A stretch of DNA of 64,000 nt from Nostoc sp. DedSLP01 (GTDB taxonomy: Bacteria; Cyanobacteriota; Cyanobacteriia; Cyanobacteriales; Nostocaceae). The position numbers were made by a program, and so were the translations under genes. The notes beneath the pieces were generated by a model. The model searched no databases, was not told where the DNA came from, and saw nothing but the letters and a program-made list of their open reading frames with translations. Where the stretch lies: assembly GCA_034530875.2 (NCBI GenBank), contig JAVRCJ020000006.1, positions 32,001 to 96,000 of the forward strand, read 5' to 3'. Below, one piece after another: positions 61,755-64,000 of this stretch. Each line of letters begins with the position of its first letter. The stretch's first letter is position 1.

Positions 61755-62885
61755 TTATCCCCACAATCTTCTACCTGCTTTGCCATTTAATCGCTGGTGA
61801 GCATCTTCCAATAAAGCTGGAATATCTAAATTTTCAGGACATCGCGGCAAACAATCACCGCATTCTGTACAGCGATTAGCTTTCATTCCAGGGAACCAAT
61901 GACCAGCATTTTCAAACATTCCATAACGATATTGTCCATAATCTTTCATGTTGTATGCTACTGCAAGATTTCGTAACCGCAATACCTCTGGAATATTAAT
62001 ATTTTCTGGGCAAGGCAAACAAGCATAACATTGACTACATTTATCAATTCCCAAAGCAATTTTTTGGTGATTTTCTAATCGCTGAAATACAGAAATTTCT
62101 TCTTGTGTAAGTTGATTATCTCGGTCAGCAACTCGCAGAGGTTCGATTAATTCATCTGGCTTGGCTGGCCCTACACTCAAAGTAGTAATACGGTTATCTG
62201 CAAGTAAAAATCGATAGTTTAATTCTAAGGGTGAATACGGGTCACACAGGTCTTTAAGGGTTTGGGGTGGCGTGTAGAGACGTCCTCCCTTATCGGCAGG
62301 GGAAATAATGAAAATCCCCATATCTTTTTCAGCAGCTAGTTGAATCGCTGGGGCGTGCCGTTGAAAAAAATAGTAATAATGCAGATTGACAAACTCAAAC
62401 AAATCTGTATTGATAGCTGCCTGAATTAGCTCTAACGACCCGTGAGTGGAAAAACCTACGTGTCGCACTCGGCGATCGGCAATGGCTTCTGCGACAGCTT
62501 GCATACAGCCATTTTTGGCTTGCACCCATTCCAGATGTTGCCAGGTGTTCAAACCATGAATGCCTAAGCAATCTAGATAATCTATTTGTAATTGTTCAAG
62601 GGATTCATCGATGCAGCGACGCATAGTGTCAGCATCGGCTGTAGGTGGAATTTTAGTAGTGAGGTGCAGCCTGGTGCGAGGTACTGATAAACCAGCTTTT
62701 AATGCCTGACCAAGATATTCCTGACTTTTGCCGTAACCTTTGGCAGTTTCTAGATGATTAATTCCTAAGGCTAAGGCTTGTTCAATGGTTTGCTGAGCAT
62801 TTTCAAAATCAGCAAGGTAGCGCATCGTTCCCAAGGAAAAAACCGAGAGGCGCAAATTTGTTTTCCCAAAGCGTCGGTATTGCAT
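61755..62885 (-). CDS. Aldo/keto reductase with C-terminal 4Fe-4S dicluster
   Basis: MQYRRFGKT..SLGTMR; CSQCYACLPCP and CTECGDCLPRCP. Confidence 0.92.
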   Translation of the reverse strand: MQYRRFGKTNLRLSVFSLGTMRYLADFENAQQTIEQALALGINHLETAKGYGKSQEYLGQALKAGLSVPRTRLHLTTKIPPTADADTMRRCIDESLEQLQIDYLDCLGIHGLNTWQHLEWVQAKNGCMQAVAEAIADRRVRHVGFSTHGSLELIQAAINTDLFEFVNLHYYYFFQRHAPAIQLAAEKDMGIFIISPADKGGRLYTPPQTLKDLCDPYSPLELNYRFLLADNRITTLSVGPAKPDELIEPLRVADRDNQLTQEEISVFQRLENHQKIALGIDKCSQCYACLPCPENINIPEVLRLRNLAVAYNMKDYGQYRYGMFENAGHWFPGMKANRCTECGDCLPRCPENLDIPALLEDAHQRLNGKAGRRLWG

Positions 62886-62889
62886 CGTT

Positions 62890-63010
62890 AACAGAGTTAG
62901 GAGTTAATAGTTAAGAGTTAGGAATTAGGAATGAGCAGTGAGGAGTTAGAAATTGAATGATATAATTCATAACTCCCAACTCATAACTCCTAACTCACAA
63001 CTCATAACTT
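62890..63010. repeat. STRR heptamer tandem repeats (example; also ~2800-2870, 21145-21190, 21815-21840, 31300-31335, 35560-35610, 49822-49866, 51245-51310)
   Basis: GAGTTAG/TAACTCA, CAATGAC/TAATGAC and TTCTGAC units in intergenic spacers. Confidence 0.85.
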
Positions 63011-63011
63011 T

Positions 63012-63509
63012 TTAACTGTCGCCATTACCAAACCGCTTGATCAAATCCTCAGGACGGAGATTGGAAACAAATTCACGGAAGGCTTGCTGTTCGGCTTCAT
63101 CTGCATCGCGGTCAACAGGGATTGAGGCATCGGCGATGACTTCTTCCATTACCCAAATCGGAGTATTTGTTCTCAGGGCAATGGCGATCGCATCGCTAGG
63201 ACGGGCGTCGATTTCCTTTTTCACCTCGCCTTGTTGCACGATTAAAGCTGCATAAAATGTATCTTTTTGCAGCGAATGAATGATAACCTTCTCTAGAGTC
63301 ATGTTCCACGTCTCTAAAAGATTCACCATCAAATCGTGGGTTAAGGGTCTGGGAGGCTTCTGATTTTCCAGCGCGCCCATAATTGCCCTAGCTTGTTCCT
63401 GACCGATGTAAATTGGCAAAGCCCGCCGATCTGAAGAATCTTTCAAAAGTACGATTGGGCTGCGGGTTATGGCATCTAATGCTATGCCAGCGACTTTCAT
63501 TTCAATCAT
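63012..63509 (-). CDS. Bifunctional nuclease family protein (DUF151)
   Basis: LPIYIG..A.AI, RPLTHDL, IDARPSDAIAIA. Confidence 0.92.
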   Translation of the reverse strand: MIEMKVAGIALDAITRSPIVLLKDSSDRRALPIYIGQEQARAIMGALENQKPPRPLTHDLMVNLLETWNMTLEKVIIHSLQKDTFYAALIVQQGEVKKEIDARPSDAIAIALRTNTPIWVMEEVIADASIPVDRDADEAEQQAFREFVSNLRPEDLIKRFGNGDS

Positions 63510-63850
63510 TGGCTAAGCCTCTACAATTTTTTGAGAGCCTTGGATAGTGTGTAACAAATAGCACTCTTCTCCAGGCGGTTTGGCGACAGTAATAAACATA
63601 AGCATTCGTTCTCTATAATTGCTTCTATTAAACTCCGAACTTGTGGTGTACACCAGAGTAATTCAAACGGGTCTGCTTAAACAATAAGCTTCTTACCCAA
63701 GTATGCCTCGTGAAGGATGATAATGTGTTAATATTTTGCATATAAAAAAAAGTCAGAAAATATACCCAAAGATTCTGAATTTATGTGAGAATTACTAGTT
63801 AATTTCAGCCAAAATTAGGCAATAAATAGAGTTAGTTTGGCAAAAAAGCG

Positions 63851-64000
63851 GTGTTTACAGGATTAATCCAAGCATTAGGAACAATGAAACCCTTAGGGGG
63901 CGATTCTTGGCAAATTACTTGTGTTAGCCATTCTGGTGAAGTAATTATGCAAGATTTGGCTTACGGTGACAGTGTTGCAGTAGATGGCGTTTGCTTGACA
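63851..64000 (+). CDS. ribE: Riboflavin synthase (alpha chain), 5' part, runs off the window
   Basis: GTG start, MFTGLIQALG...GDSVAVDGVCLT; the symbol is ribC in some nomenclatures. Confidence 0.92.
   Translation, partial: MFTGLIQALGTMKPLGGDSWQITCVSHSGEVIMQDLAYGDSVAVDGVCLT

Noticed and set aside
63510..63850. Possible FMN riboswitch before riboflavin synthase
   Set aside because: No RFN consensus visible
1..64000. CRISPR array, tRNA/rRNA, integrase or transposase
   Set aside because: No regularly spaced repeat-spacer units, RNA gene signatures or recombinase ORFs seen; the tandem repeats are STRR heptamers

Overview
A 64 kb chromosomal segment from a filamentous, probably heterocystous cyanobacterium (Nostoc/Calothrix-like). 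Support: dense HIP1 octamers (GCGATCGC), heptamer tandem repeats (STRR), GTAG-REP hairpins and the psbN/psbH-tatA-pth locus. Most of it is core or metabolic: mnmE, GH38 alpha-mannosidase, psbN/psbH, tatA, pth, thiol peroxidases, methionine salvage (mtnD/X/B), sulfate uptake (sbp-cysT-cysW-NIL), a phytase-like/GDPD/RTX protein, a large Ser/Thr-His hybrid kinase, ppa-panD, a U32/RlhA-type protein and the start of riboflavin synthase. No CRISPR array, rRNA, tRNA, integrase or transposase is visible. The most interesting stretch is 55.7-59.7 kb. A DUF1778/GNAT toxin-antitoxin cassette sits between two 89-bp direct repeats that copy the U32 gene's 5' end and begin at a HIP1 site. Next to it are an AT-rich gene fusing a DUF262 (GmrS-like) domain to a C-terminal AlbA_2/Schlafen-like domain, a candidate single-gene defence system, and a Uma2 nuclease. 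Other signals: a shared CymR-like box in front of sbp and an uncharacterised membrane gene; 21-nt in-frame insertions into HIP1 sites inside two genes; a MITE with an 8-bp target-site duplication; an orphan ParA behind mnmE; a metallo-beta-lactamase-fold protein lacking its HxHxDH ligands; and two genes with apparent 1-nt frameshifts near their starts. All family assignments come from motif recognition by eye, not from database searches.
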